From an uncultured delta proteobacterium (lineage in GTDB: Bacteria; Myxococcota; Myxococcia; Myxococcales; Anaeromyxobacteraceae): a stretch of DNA of 64,000 nucleotides. Of the stretch, positions 41,155 to 52,256 are shown piece after piece. A program made the position numbers and the translations under genes. Below the pieces are notes generated by a model that did not search any database, was not told where the DNA came from, and worked only from the letters and a program-made list of their open reading frames with translations. The stretch is from positions 160,001 to 224,000 of the forward strand of contig CAVYBH010000008.1 in NCBI GenBank assembly GCA_963766715.1, read 5' to 3'. Numbering within the stretch: the stretch's first letter is position 1; each line of letters begins with the position of its first letter.

Positions 41155-43612
41155 CTCGGGTGACGGGCCGGCAGGGCGCGCCGGATGCGCAGCGAGTTGC
41201 CCACCACGAAGGTCGAGCTGGCCGCCATGGCGCCGGCCGCCACGATGGGGTGGAGCAGCCCGGCCATGGCGAGCGGCACCGCCACGACATTGTAGACCAG
41301 CGCCCAGAAGAGGTTCTCCCGGATGATCCGGTAGGTGGTCCGCGAGAGGCGGACCAGCTCCGGGACGAGCCGCAGGTCGTCCCGCACCAGCACCGCCTCG
41401 GCGCTCTCCATCGTCACGTCGGTCCCCCGGGACATGGCGACGCCGACGTCGGCCTGCGTGAGGGCCGGCGCGTCGTTCACGCCGTCGCCGGCCAGGAGCA
41501 CCCGGCGCCCCCCGGCCTGGAGCGCCGCCACCCGCTCGCGCTTTCCGGCCGGCGTCACCTCGGCCATGGCGTCGGCGATGCCGAGCAGGGCCGCGACCGC
41601 GTCGGTGGTCCGGCGGTTGTCGCCGGAGAGGAGCCCGACGCGCAGGCCGAGCTTCTCGAGTTCCTCCACCGCCTCCTTCGCCTCCGGCCGCAGCGCGTCG
41701 GCGACCACCAGCATCGCGAGCAGGCGCCCGTCGCGGGAGAGGAAGGCCACCGTGTCTCCGCGCTCCTCGAAGGCCCGCGCGCGGCCGTCGGCCGGCTCGG
41801 GCACCACCGCGCCGTCCGGAGGCCAGGAAGGCCCGGGTGCCGATCCGGACCGCCGCGCCGTCCACCCGCGCCTCCACGCCGCGCCCCGGGACGGCGGAGA
41901 ACGCCGACACCTCCGGCTCCGGCCCGACGGGGAGGTCCCGCGCCGCCTCGACGATCGCCCTTCCCAGGCTGTGCTCGGAGCGCCGCTCCACCGCCGCCGC
42001 CAGCCGGAGCAGCTCCTCGCCCCCGGGCGCGCCCTCCACCGCCACCACCTCGCGCAGCTCGGGGCGGCCGCGCGTCACCGTGCCGGTCTTGTCGAGGAGG
42101 ACCTCGTCGGCGCCGGCGGCGCGCTCGAAGACGTCGCCGCCCTTCACCAGGAGTCCACGGGCGGTGGCCACCCCCGTGGCGAGCAGCACGGCCAGCGGCG
42201 TGGCGAGCCCCAGCGCGCAGGGGCAGGCGATCACCAGGACCGAGACGCCGATCATGAGCGACTGGGAGGCCGGGGCGCCGCGGGCCAGGTGCCAGGCGGT
42301 CGCGGCGACGGCGAGCACCAGGATGGCGGGCACGAAGACCCCGACCACCCGGTCGGCCACGGCCTGGATGCGCGGGCGCGAGGCCTGGGCCTCCTCGACG
42401 GCCCGGATGATGCCGGCCAGCACGGTGGCGTTCCCGGTGCGCGTGACCTCCAGCTCGAAGGACCCGTGCAGGTTGACGGTGCCGCCGATGGCGGGCGAAC
42501 CGGGCTCCTTGGCCACCGGGCGCGACTCCCCGGTGACGAGCGACTCGTCCACCTCGCTCTGGCCCGCCCGGACCACGCCGTCGGCGGGGACCCGCTCCCC
42601 CGGCACCACCTCGACGCGATCCCCGGGGCGCAGCTCGGCCACCGGGACCCGGCGCACCTCCACGCCGCCCGCCGGGCCCCGCTCGATCCGCCGCGCCTCG
42701 CGCGGCTGGAGCGCGGCCAGCCGGGCCACCGCCTCGGAGGCCCGCCCCTTCGCGGCCGCCTCGACGTAGCGGCCCAGGAGGACGAGCGTCACGATCATGG
42801 CGGCGGTGTCGAAGTAGACCTCGCCCCCGCGGAGCATCTGCCAGGCGCTGTAGGCGAGCGCCGCCCCCGCGCCCAGCGCGATGAGCGCGTCCATGTTGAA
42901 CCGGCCGTGACGCAGGCTCGCCACCGTGTTCCGGAGGAAGGGCGCCCCCGAGTAGAAGTAGACCGGGACCGTCAGGCCGAGCCCGACCCACTCGAGCAGC
43001 CGGCGCGTGCCGGCGTCGATGCCCTGGAAGTAGCCGGCGTAGAGGGCGATCGTGACGACCATGAGCTGCGAGGAGAGGAAGCCGGCCGTGCCGAGCCGGA
43101 CGAGCAGGTCGCGGGTCTCGCGCCGCTGCGCCGCCTGCGCCTCGGTCTCGCCGTAGGGCTTCGGCAGGTAGCCCGCCGAGCGGATGCGTCCGAGCACGCC
43201 CTCCAGGCCGGCCCGGGCCGGGTCCCAGCGGATCCGGGCGCGGTGGGTGGCGTAGTTCACGCGCGCGAAGGTCACGCCGTCCATCCGGGAGAGCAGCCGC
43301 TCGTTCAGCCACACGCAGGAGGCGCAGCGGATGCCCTCCACGTAGAGGTCGATCTCGGCCAGGCCGCCGGCCGCGGGCCGCACCGCGGCGCGGAAGGCCT
43401 CCACCTCCTGCGGACCCTCGGGCCGGGCGGCGAGCCCGCCCTCCTCCCATTTCCGGCCCGTCGTAGAAGGCCCCGAGCCCCTCCTCGCGGATCAGGCGGT
43501 GGATGCCCTGGCAGCCGGTGCAGCAGAAGACCCGCGGGACGCCGTCGACCGTCTCGCGCACGGCCTCCCGGTCCGGGAAGTCGAGCAGGCAGTGGTCACA
43601 GCGAAGGGACAT
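41151..43612 (-). CDS. ccoI: P1B-type copper ATPase CcoI/FixI (frameshifts near 43430 and 41815)
   Basis: CDHC..FCCTGC, CASCVWLNE, YFD, TGES, CPC, DKTGT, SEH, GDGVND. Confidence 0.92.
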
Positions 43613-44276
43613 GGACGCGGAGGCCCCGGAGCAGGAAGAGCAGGCCGAGGAGGGCCACCAGCACGCCGCCCATCCGGTAGAGGAGACCGCGGGCCCGCGC
43701 CGTGAGCGCCGCCACCACCGCGCCGGCGAGGAGCAGCGCCGGCAGGGTCCCGGCGCCGAAGGCCAGCGCGAGGAGCATCCCGCGGGCCGGCGATCCGGTC
43801 GCGGCCGAGGCGGCGAAGGCCGAGTAGGAGAGCCCGCAGGGGAGGAAGCCGAGCGCGAGCCCGAGCGGGTAGGCGCGCATCGGCGCCTCGTGCCCGGCCA
43901 GCCTGCGGACCGCGGAGAAGATCTGGGCGCCCACCGTCCCCTCGGCGCGCTTCACCCACAGCGAATGGGAGGCGGCCCCCACCCCCATGGCCAGCATGAG
44001 GGCCCCGGCCAGCACGGCCACCAGGTCCTGGAGGCCGGCCAGTCGTCCGGCCACGTTGACGAAGGACCCGAAGAGCCCCATCAGCGAGCCGATCATGCCG
44101 TAGGTGGTGATGCGCCCCAGGTGGTAGGCGAGCTGCGGGACGAGCGCGCGCCGCGCCGGGATGCCGGGCGGCGCCGAGATGCCGAGCGCCGCCACGAGCG
44201 GGCCGCACATGCCCACGCAGTGTCCGAAGCCGCCCAGGAAGCCGGTGGCGAGCGCGATCGGGAGGGTGGCGTCCAT
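43596..44276 (-). CDS. DsbD_2 / TauE-SafE-like membrane protein of cbb3 assembly loci
   Basis: GHCVGMCG, YHLGRITTY, LPCG, FGAGT. Confidence 0.88.
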   Translation of the reverse strand: MDATLPIALATGFLGGFGHCVGMCGPLVAALGISAPPGIPARRALVPQLAYHLGRITTYGMIGSLMGLFGSFVNVAGRLAGLQDLVAVLAGALMLAMGVGAASHSLWVKRAEGTVGAQIFSAVRRLAGHEAPMRAYPLGLALGFLPCGLSYSAFAASAATGSPARGMLLALAFGAGTLPALLLAGAVVAALTARARGLLYRMGGVLVALLGLLFLLRGLRVHVPSL

Positions 44277-44295
44277 CGGAGACCTGCCCGGCGAG

Positions 44296-45115
44296 CTACT
44301 CCGACGCCTGGAAGGGGAAGCGGGCCCTCGCCTCGCCGCCTCCGGGCAGGTGGGCCACCACCTCGGCCACCCAGTCGCGGCGTCCGCTGGCGCATCGCAG
44401 GAGGACCCCCTCTCCCGCGTACCGTCCCTCGCCCTGCGGGCGGAGCACGATCCGGTTGTCGCCCATGAACATCCCGCTCATGGAGAGCTCGACCACCGCG
44501 TCGGTGACGGCGACCGGCGCGCCGTTGCGGGTCAGCTGCACCGCCGTCGCCAGCGCCTTCAGCGGCAACGGGGGCCGGGGCGTCAGCTCGAGCACGACGC
44601 GCAGGTCGCCCACGCTGGCCGCGCAGGGGCGCGTGCCGGCGTCGCAGTGGATCCCCTCGCCGACGCCGGCCGACACGTGGATCCACTTGCCCAGGGTGAG
44701 CGACTCCGCGCCGAGGCGGATGACCGCGTCGAGGTCCCAGAACCCGGCCTCGGTCATGGGGAGCACGGCGGCGTAGCGGCCGCCGCCCTCGGCGCGGGCC
44801 TGCGCGGAATGGTCGAAGCGGCTCGTGCCGGGACGCGCCACCCGGAAGGTCACCTCGGCACCCTCGAGGGGTGCGCCCGTGCTGCCGGACAGCCGGATCG
44901 CCAGCACCGCCTCGGGGCCGGCGCGGAGCCCGCTCTCGTCGACGACCACGGTCCATCCCAGCCGCTCGGCGCGCTTCCGGTCCTGGTCGTGGTGGATCCC
45001 GGACTCGTAGGGATCGGCGACCACGGTGCGCTCGTAGCTCCGCGTGGCCACCCAGATGGTGGCGACGATCGCGCCCACGACCAGCGGCGGTCACGACGGC
45101 GATGACGACCTTCAC
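44296..45115 (-). CDS. FixH/YtkA-like protein with two Ig-like domains (N-terminal frameshift)
   Basis: N-terminal TM, VADPYESG, GRYAAVLP..GFWD, LSMSGMFMG, LRCASGRRDW. Confidence 0.7.
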
Positions 45116-46333
45116 TTGGCCCTCGGCAGGAACATGGGAACCTTGGCCGTCACGGTATCACCGCTCGCCCCGGTCGCGCTCAGGACCGCGTCCACCACGG
45201 GTCCAGGCCCGAGGCCGGACGCCGAGGCCACCAGCGTCACGCGCCGGTGCTCGCCGGGCGCGAGCTCGACCCGCTCCGGGCTCACCGTGGCCTCGCCGCG
45301 GGCCGGCGCGAGCGCGAGGCGCAGCGTCACCGGCGCGTCGCCCCGGTTCTCGAAGGAGACCTCGTAGGCGTTCACCACCCGGCCGTCCGGGCCCAGCCGG
45401 GGCGCGAAGCGCGTCGAGAAGGCGGCGGAGAGATCCAGGCTGGCGCGCCCGGCGTGCACGCCGGCCGCCACCGTCCCGCCCAGCGCCAGGACCGAGGCCG
45501 CGCCCAGCGCGAGCACGGTGGGGCGGAGGAAGCGCGGGCGCCCGCCGGGAGCGCCCCAGAAGTAGTCGACGAGCGTCGGACGGCCGAGCCTCGCCAGGAT
45601 GGGCTCGCAGGCGTCGATGCACTGCGCACAGGCGATGCACTCGGCCTGCAGCCCGTCGCGGATGTCGATCCCGGTGGGGCAGACCCGCACGCAGGCGCCG
45701 CAGTCGATGCACTCCGCGTCACGCCGGTCGTCGTAGGCCACCACCAGCGTGCTCCGGTCGAAGAGCACGCCCTGGAGCTTGGCGTACGGGCAGGTGGTGG
45801 CGCAGAAGCGTCCCCGGACGAAGCCCAGGTCGAGGAAGAGGACCGCGCCCAGCACCACCCAGCTCCAGCCCAGCACCGGCCCGAGGTCGAGGGCGAGCAG
45901 CCGGTGGAGGAACTCGGACGGGCGGGACGAAGTACCAGAGCGTGGCGGCGGAGAAGACGACCGACACGGCGGCCACCGCGAGCCACGCGAGCGCGAGCCG
46001 CAGCGGGCGCCGGCGCTTGCGCGCCCGCTCCTCGGCGAGCGAGGCGGTCAGGTCCCCGAGCACGGTCTGCGGGCAGCTCCAGCCGCACCAGACCCGCCCC
46101 CACACGAAGGTGACGAGGAGGAAGATCGCCCCGGCGGCCAGGATCCCGAGGAGGAGGACGAAGAACTCGTCCATCCACAGCGTCGTGCCGAGCAGGTGGA
46201 GGCGGAGCGTGGGGACGTCGAAGCGGAGCGCGCTCTGGCCCCGGATGGTGACGAAGGGCAGGCCCAGGAAGATCGCGGCCTGCGCGATCCCCGCTCCCCG
46301 GCGCCACGTCCCGATCCGCCTACTCGTCGTCAT
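45112..46333 (-). CDS. ccoG: CcoG/FixG 4Fe-4S accessory protein (frameshift near 45920)
   Basis: GRVWCGWSCPQT, FC..CPY, CIDCGACVRVCP, CIACAQCIDAC. Confidence 0.92.
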
Positions 46334-46479
46334 CGAGCATCTTGTACTTCGCTTCCTCGATGCCCTTCTTCCTCTTCCTCGAGAAGTAGAAGACGATCAC
46401 CCAGACGAGCGCGGCGCTGAGGAGCAGGCCGAAGGCCAGGTAGACCCAGTCGTCCCCGGGCAGGCCCTCGCGGCTTCAT
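46320..46479 (-). CDS. ccoQ: CcoQ-like small subunit (absent from the ORF track, frameshift at N-terminus)
   Basis: Manual translation WVYLAFGLLLSAALVWVIVFYFSRKRKKGIEEAKYKMLDDDE-stop. Confidence 0.7.
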
Positions 46480-46484
46480 GGCGG

Positions 46485-46793
46485 CTACCGCTTCGCCGGC
46501 TTGCGCCGCGCCGCCGCGATGATGAGGACCACCGCGGCGAGCGTGGCGAGCGCGGTGAAGAGGACGGTCGCGAAGATGTTGCCTCCGCTCTCCCCGGCGA
46601 CCGTCGCGGCGACCTTCGTCGACTCCTCGAAGGCCCTGTCCTGGGACCAGCCGCCCAGGGACGGGGTGTAGGTCCAGGCGTAGTAGATGCCCCAGACGAT
46701 GAGCCCGAAGAACAGGGCCCACCAGCCCAGCGGGATCGTGCTGGCCGTCTCCTTCGCCTCGAGCGCTTCCGGGGTATCGGGCAGTTCGTTCAT
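46485..46793 (-). CDS. Haem-less CcoP N-terminal-like membrane protein
   Basis: IPLGWWALFFGLIVWGIYYAW..WSQ resembles the CcoP N-terminal helix; second TM helix; no CxxCH. Confidence 0.7.
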   Translation of the reverse strand: MNELPDTPEALEAKETASTIPLGWWALFFGLIVWGIYYAWTYTPSLGGWSQDRAFEESTKVAATVAGESGGNIFATVLFTALATLAAVVLIIAAARRKPAKR

Positions 46794-46806
46794 GGCCGTC
46801 GTCCTC

Positions 46807-47788
46807 TCAGTGCTTTCCGCCGGCGTCGTGCTCGCGCTGCTCCAGCGCGGGCGACTCGCTGGCCTCGTGCTTCTGCTGGGCCCGGATGAAGCTGACGAGC
46901 TGCCAGATGCCGTCCGGCGGGATCTGCCCGCCGAAGGCGTCCATGCCGCCGTCCGGCGAGCCCGGGCGGCCGATGGCCTTCTTGGCCTCGCTTCCGGCCG
47001 AGATGATGGCGAAGTAGTCGCCGTCCGAGCCGTAGCCCTTCTGTGCGAGGAAGTCACCGCTGGTGAGCGACGGGCCGATGCCGCCGTGCCCCTCGTCGCC
47101 GTGGCAGACCGCGCAGTTGTCGGCGAAGAGCTTGGCGCCCGCGGCCACCGCCTGCGGGGAGTCGCGGAAGGGGTTCACGGCCGCGAGGTCGCAGCCCGCC
47201 GGCGGCCGGCTTCCTCGCCACCGCGTGGCCGAGCTGCTGCGTGTAGGCCACCAGCGCGTCCAGCTCGGTGCGGGTCGAGAGCTCGGCGATCTGCTGCGCC
47301 GTGAAGGGCATGCCCAGCGCCTCCATGTGGGCCTTCACCGTGACCGGGTCGAGCTTGCTGGCCTTCATCCAGCCGTAGGGCGGCATGTTGGAGCGGGGCA
47401 CGATGGCCTGGGGGTTCTCGTAGTGGGCCAGGTGCCAGGAGTCGGGGCGCTTGCCCCCCTCGCGGGCCAGGTCGGGCCCGGTGCGCTTCGAGCCCCAGAG
47501 GAACGGGTGGTCGTAGAAGAACTCCCCGGCCTTCGAGTAGTCGCCGTACCGCATGACCTCGCTGCGCAGCGGCCGCACCGTCTGGGTGTGGCAGTTCATG
47601 CAGCCCTCCCGCTGGTAGATGTCGCGGCCGGCGAGCTGCAGCGGGGTGTAGGGCTTCAGGTTCTCCAGCCTGGGATGCATGTCCGGCCGGAGCATCGGGT
47701 AGGCCATCATCACGATGGACCCGGCCAGCACCGCCGCCGTGACCATCAGGGTGAAGAGGATGGGCTTGCTGTAGATCTTTCCCGCCAT
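46807..47788 (-). CDS. ccoO: cbb3 subunit II CcoO, probably fused to an extra cytochrome c domain (frameshift near 47190)
   Basis: GRDIYQREGCMNCHTQ, WGSKRTGPDL, SNMP; then NPF..GAKLFADNCAVCHG..GGIGPSL..GM.AF. Confidence 0.85.
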
Positions 47789-47803
47789 GGCTCGTCCTCT
47801 CCC

Positions 47804-49225
47804 CTACGCGGTCGCCGGGGCAGCGGTCCGACCGCTGGCCTCGAGGGCGCGCCCCTTCTGGATGGTCAGGAGCACGTTCACCACGAACACCACCATGCCC
47901 ACGATGAAGATGGTCCCGCCCAGCGTGCGCACGTGCCAGTACGGGTAGTTCTTCACCAGCCCCTCCATGAACGTGTACTTGAGCGTCCCCTCGGGGGTGA
48001 GGGCCTTCCACATGGCGCCCTGCTGGATGCCGGTGATCCAGAGGGTCACCGAGAAGATGAGCTGCCCGACCAGCACCAGCCAGAAGTGCACGTTGGCGAG
48101 CTTCACGCTGTAGACCTCGGTGCCGTAGATCTTGGCGATCACGTAGTAGATCGAGGCCGTCACCGTGAGTGCGACCCATCCCATGGTGCCCATGTGGACG
48201 TGGCCGGGGACCCAGTCGGTGTAGTGGATCAGCTGCGAGACGACGCGCAGGCCCTGGGTGGGCCCCTGGACCGTCTGCAGGCCGTAGAAGGTGATGCCCA
48301 GGATGAAGAACTTGGCGAGGTAGTCGGTCTTCATCCTCGACCAGTCCTCGCCGATGGTGCCGTACCCGTTCACCACCGAGCCCCACGAGGGCGCGATGAG
48401 GAACAGGGTGAAGACGATGCCGAGCGTCTGGATCCAGTCGGGCAGCGGCGTGTAGACGAGGTGGTGCGCGCCGGTCCACAGGTAGCCGAAGACGAGCGAC
48501 CAGAAGGCCACGATCGAGAGCCGGTGGCTGTAGATGGGCAGCCCCGTCGACTTGGGGAGGAAGTAGTAGAACATGGCCAGGATGGGCGTCGTGAAGACGA
48601 AGCCCACCACGTTGTGGCCGTACCACCACTGCACGTTGGCGGAGTTCACGCCGGAGAAGAGGTGGTAGCTCTTCATCGGCCCGGCGATGATCGACAGGTT
48701 GTTGACGATGTAGAGCACCGCCACGCCGACGACGGTGGCGATGATGTACCAGAGCGCGATGTACATCTGCTCCTCGCGCCGCACCAGGATGGTCCCGATC
48801 ACGTTCACCGCGAACATGACCCAGAGGATCACGATGGCGATGTCGAGCGGCCACTCCATCTCGGCGTACTCGTTGGTCTGGGTGTAGCCCATGGCCAGCG
48901 TGACCAGCGCGAGGAAGATCCCCACGTTGAAGAGCCAGAGCTGCACGCGGGCCAGCTTCGGGAAGAGCAGCGGCCGGCGCGTGAGGCGCATGACGATGTA
49001 GTAGGAGAGCCCGAAGATGGCTCCCACCCCGAGGCCGAAGCCCAGGATGTTGGTGTGGACGGTCCGCATCCGCCCGAAGGCCGCCCAGGGGGCGAAGTTC
49101 GCAGCGGGCGCGAACATCTGGATGGAGATGAGGAGCCCGACCACCAGCCCCACCACCGCCCAGACGATGGCGGAGAGGATGTACCCCTCCACCGTCTTGT
49201 AGTCGTACCTGTATTCCTCGTTCAT
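47804..49225 (-). CDS. ccoN: cbb3-type cytochrome c oxidase subunit I
   Basis: GRMRTVHTN, EYAE, QWWYGHN, WTGAHH, HYTDW..GHVH. Confidence 0.97.
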   Translation of the reverse strand: MNEEYRYDYKTVEGYILSAIVWAVVGLVVGLLISIQMFAPAANFAPWAAFGRMRTVHTNILGFGLGVGAIFGLSYYIVMRLTRRPLLFPKLARVQLWLFNVGIFLALVTLAMGYTQTNEYAEMEWPLDIAIVILWVMFAVNVIGTILVRREEQMYIALWYIIATVVGVAVLYIVNNLSIIAGPMKSYHLFSGVNSANVQWWYGHNVVGFVFTTPILAMFYYFLPKSTGLPIYSHRLSIVAFWSLVFGYLWTGAHHLVYTPLPDWIQTLGIVFTLFLIAPSWGSVVNGYGTIGEDWSRMKTDYLAKFFILGITFYGLQTVQGPTQGLRVVSQLIHYTDWVPGHVHMGTMGWVALTVTASIYYVIAKIYGTEVYSVKLANVHFWLVLVGQLIFSVTLWITGIQQGAMWKALTPEGTLKYTFMEGLVKNYPYWHVRTLGGTIFIVGMVVFVVNVLLTIQKGRALEASGRTAAPATA

Positions 49226-49317
49226 CGTTCCCTCCGCCTGGAGCGGCGCGCGGCGAGAGAGCCTACAAGAAGCGTTCCGCTCCGGAACGGGCGATCTGGG
49301 GCGGGACAGGAGAGGAC

Positions 49318-49331
49318 CTGATCGCGATCAA
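49318..49331 (-). promoter_or_regulatory. FNR/FixK-type binding site upstream of ccoN
   Basis: Minus strand TTGAT-CGCG-ATCAG, 9/10 match to TTGAT-N4-ATCAA, about 90 bp upstream of the ccoN start. Confidence 0.75.
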
Positions 49332-49348
49332 GGGTAATCACGCAGGGT

Positions 49349-49987
49349 TTGCGTCATCATGGACTCTTGGACGCGATTTTGGCGTTATTCACCCGTGGTG
49401 CGGCACTGGGGTTCTCGGCGGCGGCCTCGCCCGGACCCTTCCAGGCCTACCTGCTCTCGCGGGCGGCCCGGCTCGGGGTCCGCGGCGCGCTGCCGCTCGC
49501 GCTCGCGCCGCTCCTCTCCGACGGGCCGGTGGTGGCCGTCGTGCTGCTCGCCCTCTCCACCGCGCCGGCCTGGCTCCTGCGCGCCCTGGGGATCGGGGGC
49601 GGCGCCTTCCTGCTCTGGATGGCCTGGGGAACCCTGCGCTCCCTCGGCGAGGTTCACGCCGGGTCGACCGAGGCCCCGGAGGGCCGGGGCGGCTCGTTCC
49701 TCCGCGCGGCGCTGGTGAACGCCGCGGGGCCCGGACCCTGGATCTTCTGGAGCACGGTGTGCGGCCCCATCCTGGTCGAGGCCTGGAGGGCCGCGCCGGC
49801 GCGGGGGCTCTCGTTCCTGGCCGGGTTCTACGCGATGCTCGTCGGGGGGAACGCCGCCGTCGTCGTGCTCTCCGGCCTGACCGGCCGCGCCGGTCCCCGG
49901 GCCGCGCGTGCGCTGGGCGCCGCCTCGGGGATCCTGCTCGCGGGGATGGGCGCGGTCCAGCTGTGGCGCGGGCTCAGCGGCCGGTGA
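49349..49987 (+). CDS. LysE family translocator (start uncertain)
   Basis: GFSAAASPGP, APLLSD, GGAFLLWMA, NAAGPGPWIFW. Confidence 0.8.
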   Translation: MRHHGLLDAILALFTRGAALGFSAAASPGPFQAYLLSRAARLGVRGALPLALAPLLSDGPVVAVVLLALSTAPAWLLRALGIGGGAFLLWMAWGTLRSLGEVHAGSTEAPEGRGGSFLRAALVNAAGPGPWIFWSTVCGPILVEAWRAAPARGLSFLAGFYAMLVGGNAAVVVLSGLTGRAGPRAARALGAASGILLAGMGAVQLWRGLSGR

Positions 49988-51648
49988 GCTTCTCCGCCGT
50001 GACGAACCTCGGCGCGATGTCCACCGGGATCCCCCGGAGCCTCTCGAGCACGCGGGCGACCTCCGGCCGCACCACGGCCATCCGGTCGAGCAGCGCCTTC
50101 GCGCCGGCCCCGTCGCCCTTCGCCTGGAGGGTCAGGAGCTCCCGGGAGAGCGACTCGACCGCGCCCCGGACCTTGCCGTCCACCACCGAGAAGCGGCCGT
50201 CCTTCCCGACCGCGACCGCTCCCTGATCGAGGAGCCAGTTGAGCTGCAGCGCCACGCCGCGCCCGTGGGCCTCGGTGATGCCGAACCGGATGGAGCGGAA
50301 CGAGGACGCGAGGAACGTGGCGTACATGGTCCGCTCGAGCGTCCTCGGGAGCACGCCGCGATCGACCAGGCGCTGGAGGGCGAAGAGGCCGGCCACGTCG
50401 GCCTTGGCCTCCTCGATGGCGGGGTAGGCGGTGTCGAGCCGCTCCCGGACGGTGGTGCGCCCGCCGTCGTCCTTCCGCAGCTCGTGCGGCCCCACCCCGT
50501 GCACCAGCTCGTGCATGAGGATGTGGGTGAAGAAGGCCTCGAAGGAGACCCGCGACTGGTCGGCGCCGGTGAGCGCGACCTTCGAGATGGGCAGGAGCAC
50601 CTTCTGGAACTTGGCCTCCTGGACGTTCTTCAGCATGACCCGCTTCGAGCCCTTCTCGAGGAGGACCCGCTCGTCGTTGGGCAGGTTGTAGGCGGCGGTC
50701 GTCACCCCGCGGCGCCCGTCCCCGGCGGCGAAGAGCTCGTTCACGATCCGGATGGGCGCCAGCGCGCCGAGCTTGGGGTTGCGGAAGGCGGGGTCCATGG
50801 GGAGGTGGTCCTCGATGTCCTGCAGCTCCGCGGAGAGCTTCGCGACCTTGCGGCTCTCCGCGTCGTCCCGCACGGTCACGAAGGCCTCGAAGGCCGCCTT
50901 GGCGTTGAACCAGCCGTCCTCGTAGGTCTCGTAGGGGCCGAAGGTCGGCTCGACGGCCGCGTCGAGCTCCATCCAGGCCACGTCGCTCGCGTAGTAGTCG
51001 TCGGAGAGGAGCGCCGCGGCCCTCGACTCGAGGAAGCGCCGGAGCGTGGGCTCGGCGGTGGCGGCGGCGGCCTCGCGGAGCCTGGCCGCCGCGAGCCCCA
51101 GCTCGCTCTGGTACTCGACCGAGTAGGGGACGACGGCGAGCCCGGCCGGCGTGCGCCGGATCACCGAGAAGAAGCCGGTGGCGGCGGCTCGCTCCTTCTC
51201 CGGGAAGCGTCGACGTCCAGCGCGCGATCTCCTCCTTGGTGGAGCCCGGCGGGTAGAAGGTCCCGGCCTCCGGCTTCGGCGGCGCGCCCGGGACGAACAC
51301 CCGGTCGTGATCGAGCCGGTCCCAGGGACCCTTGTTGCGGAGGAAGAAGCCGAGGCGGGCGCGGCCGAGCGGCGACGGATCGTCGAGGAGCGAGAGCAGC
51401 ATCGCCTCGGCGCCGGCCCATTCCTGCCGCAGGAAGAGGGCGTCGACCACCTAGCTCGCCTCCACCAGGCGGGCGAGCGCGATCCGCTCGCCCTCCGGGA
51501 GCTTCGAGAGGTCGACGGCGAGGTCGACCGGCGCGTACTGCGCCTCGAGGCGGCGGAGCTCCTCGACGCCGGGCGTCTTCGGGGCCGCCGGGGCGGCGAG
51601 CGTGGAGGAGGCCAGGACGGCGGCGAGGAGGGCGAGCGGAGTGCGCAT
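49974..51648 (-). CDS. M49 / dipeptidyl peptidase III-like metallopeptidase, secreted (in-frame TAG at 51451-51453, frameshift near 51200)
   Basis: NKGPWDRLD, FYPP, GPYETYED, AYNLPNDE, HELVHG, EEAKAD. Confidence 0.88.
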
Positions 51649-51675
51649 GGCGGGCGATCCTACTAGCATCCCGGG

Positions 51676-52241
51676 ATGCTCGCGCTCCTCCTCGCGACCT
51701 GCCTCGCCACGGCGCCGGCCCCCCTGCCCCGCGTGGCGGTGCGGACCTCGCTCGGCGACGTCGTCCTCGAGATCGACGTGGCGCGCGCCCCGGCCACCGC
51801 CCGGAACTTCCTCCGCTACGTCGACGCCGGGCGCTACCGCGGCGGCGCCTTCCACCGCACCGTGACCACCCGCCCGGACAACCAGCCCACGAACGCCGTG
51901 AAGATCGACGTCGTCCAGGCCGGTCCAGGGTCCGGGAAGGACCTCGCGCCCGTCGCGCTCGAGCGCACCCGGGACACGGTCCTCGTCCCACGTCGACGGG
52001 GCCGTCTCGATGGCCCGGGACGGCCCGGACACCGCCACCTCCGACTTCTTCCTCTGCGTGGGTCCGCAGCCGGAGCTAGACTTCGGGGGACGGCGCAACC
52101 CGGACGGACAGGGGTTCGCGGTGTTCGGCCGCGTGGTGGCGGGCATGGACGTGGTGCGGCGGATCCACGAGTCCCCGGCCAAGGGGCAGGCGCTCGCGCC
52201 GCCCGATCGCCATCCTCGAGGTGGTGCGCCTGCCTCCCTGA
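51676..52241 (+). CDS. Cyclophilin-type peptidyl-prolyl isomerase (frameshifted)
   Basis: APATARNFLRYVD, FHR, SMAR.GPDTATSDFF, FAVFGRVVAGMDVV. Confidence 0.9.
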
Positions 52242-52256
52242 GCGGAGGCGCGCGCC

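Noticed and set aside
51451..51453. In-frame TAG in the M49 peptidase as pyrrolysine or programmed readthrough
   Set aside because: It lies at a non-catalytic N-terminal position, there are no pyl genes in the window, and the assembly is error-rich; a base-call error is more likely
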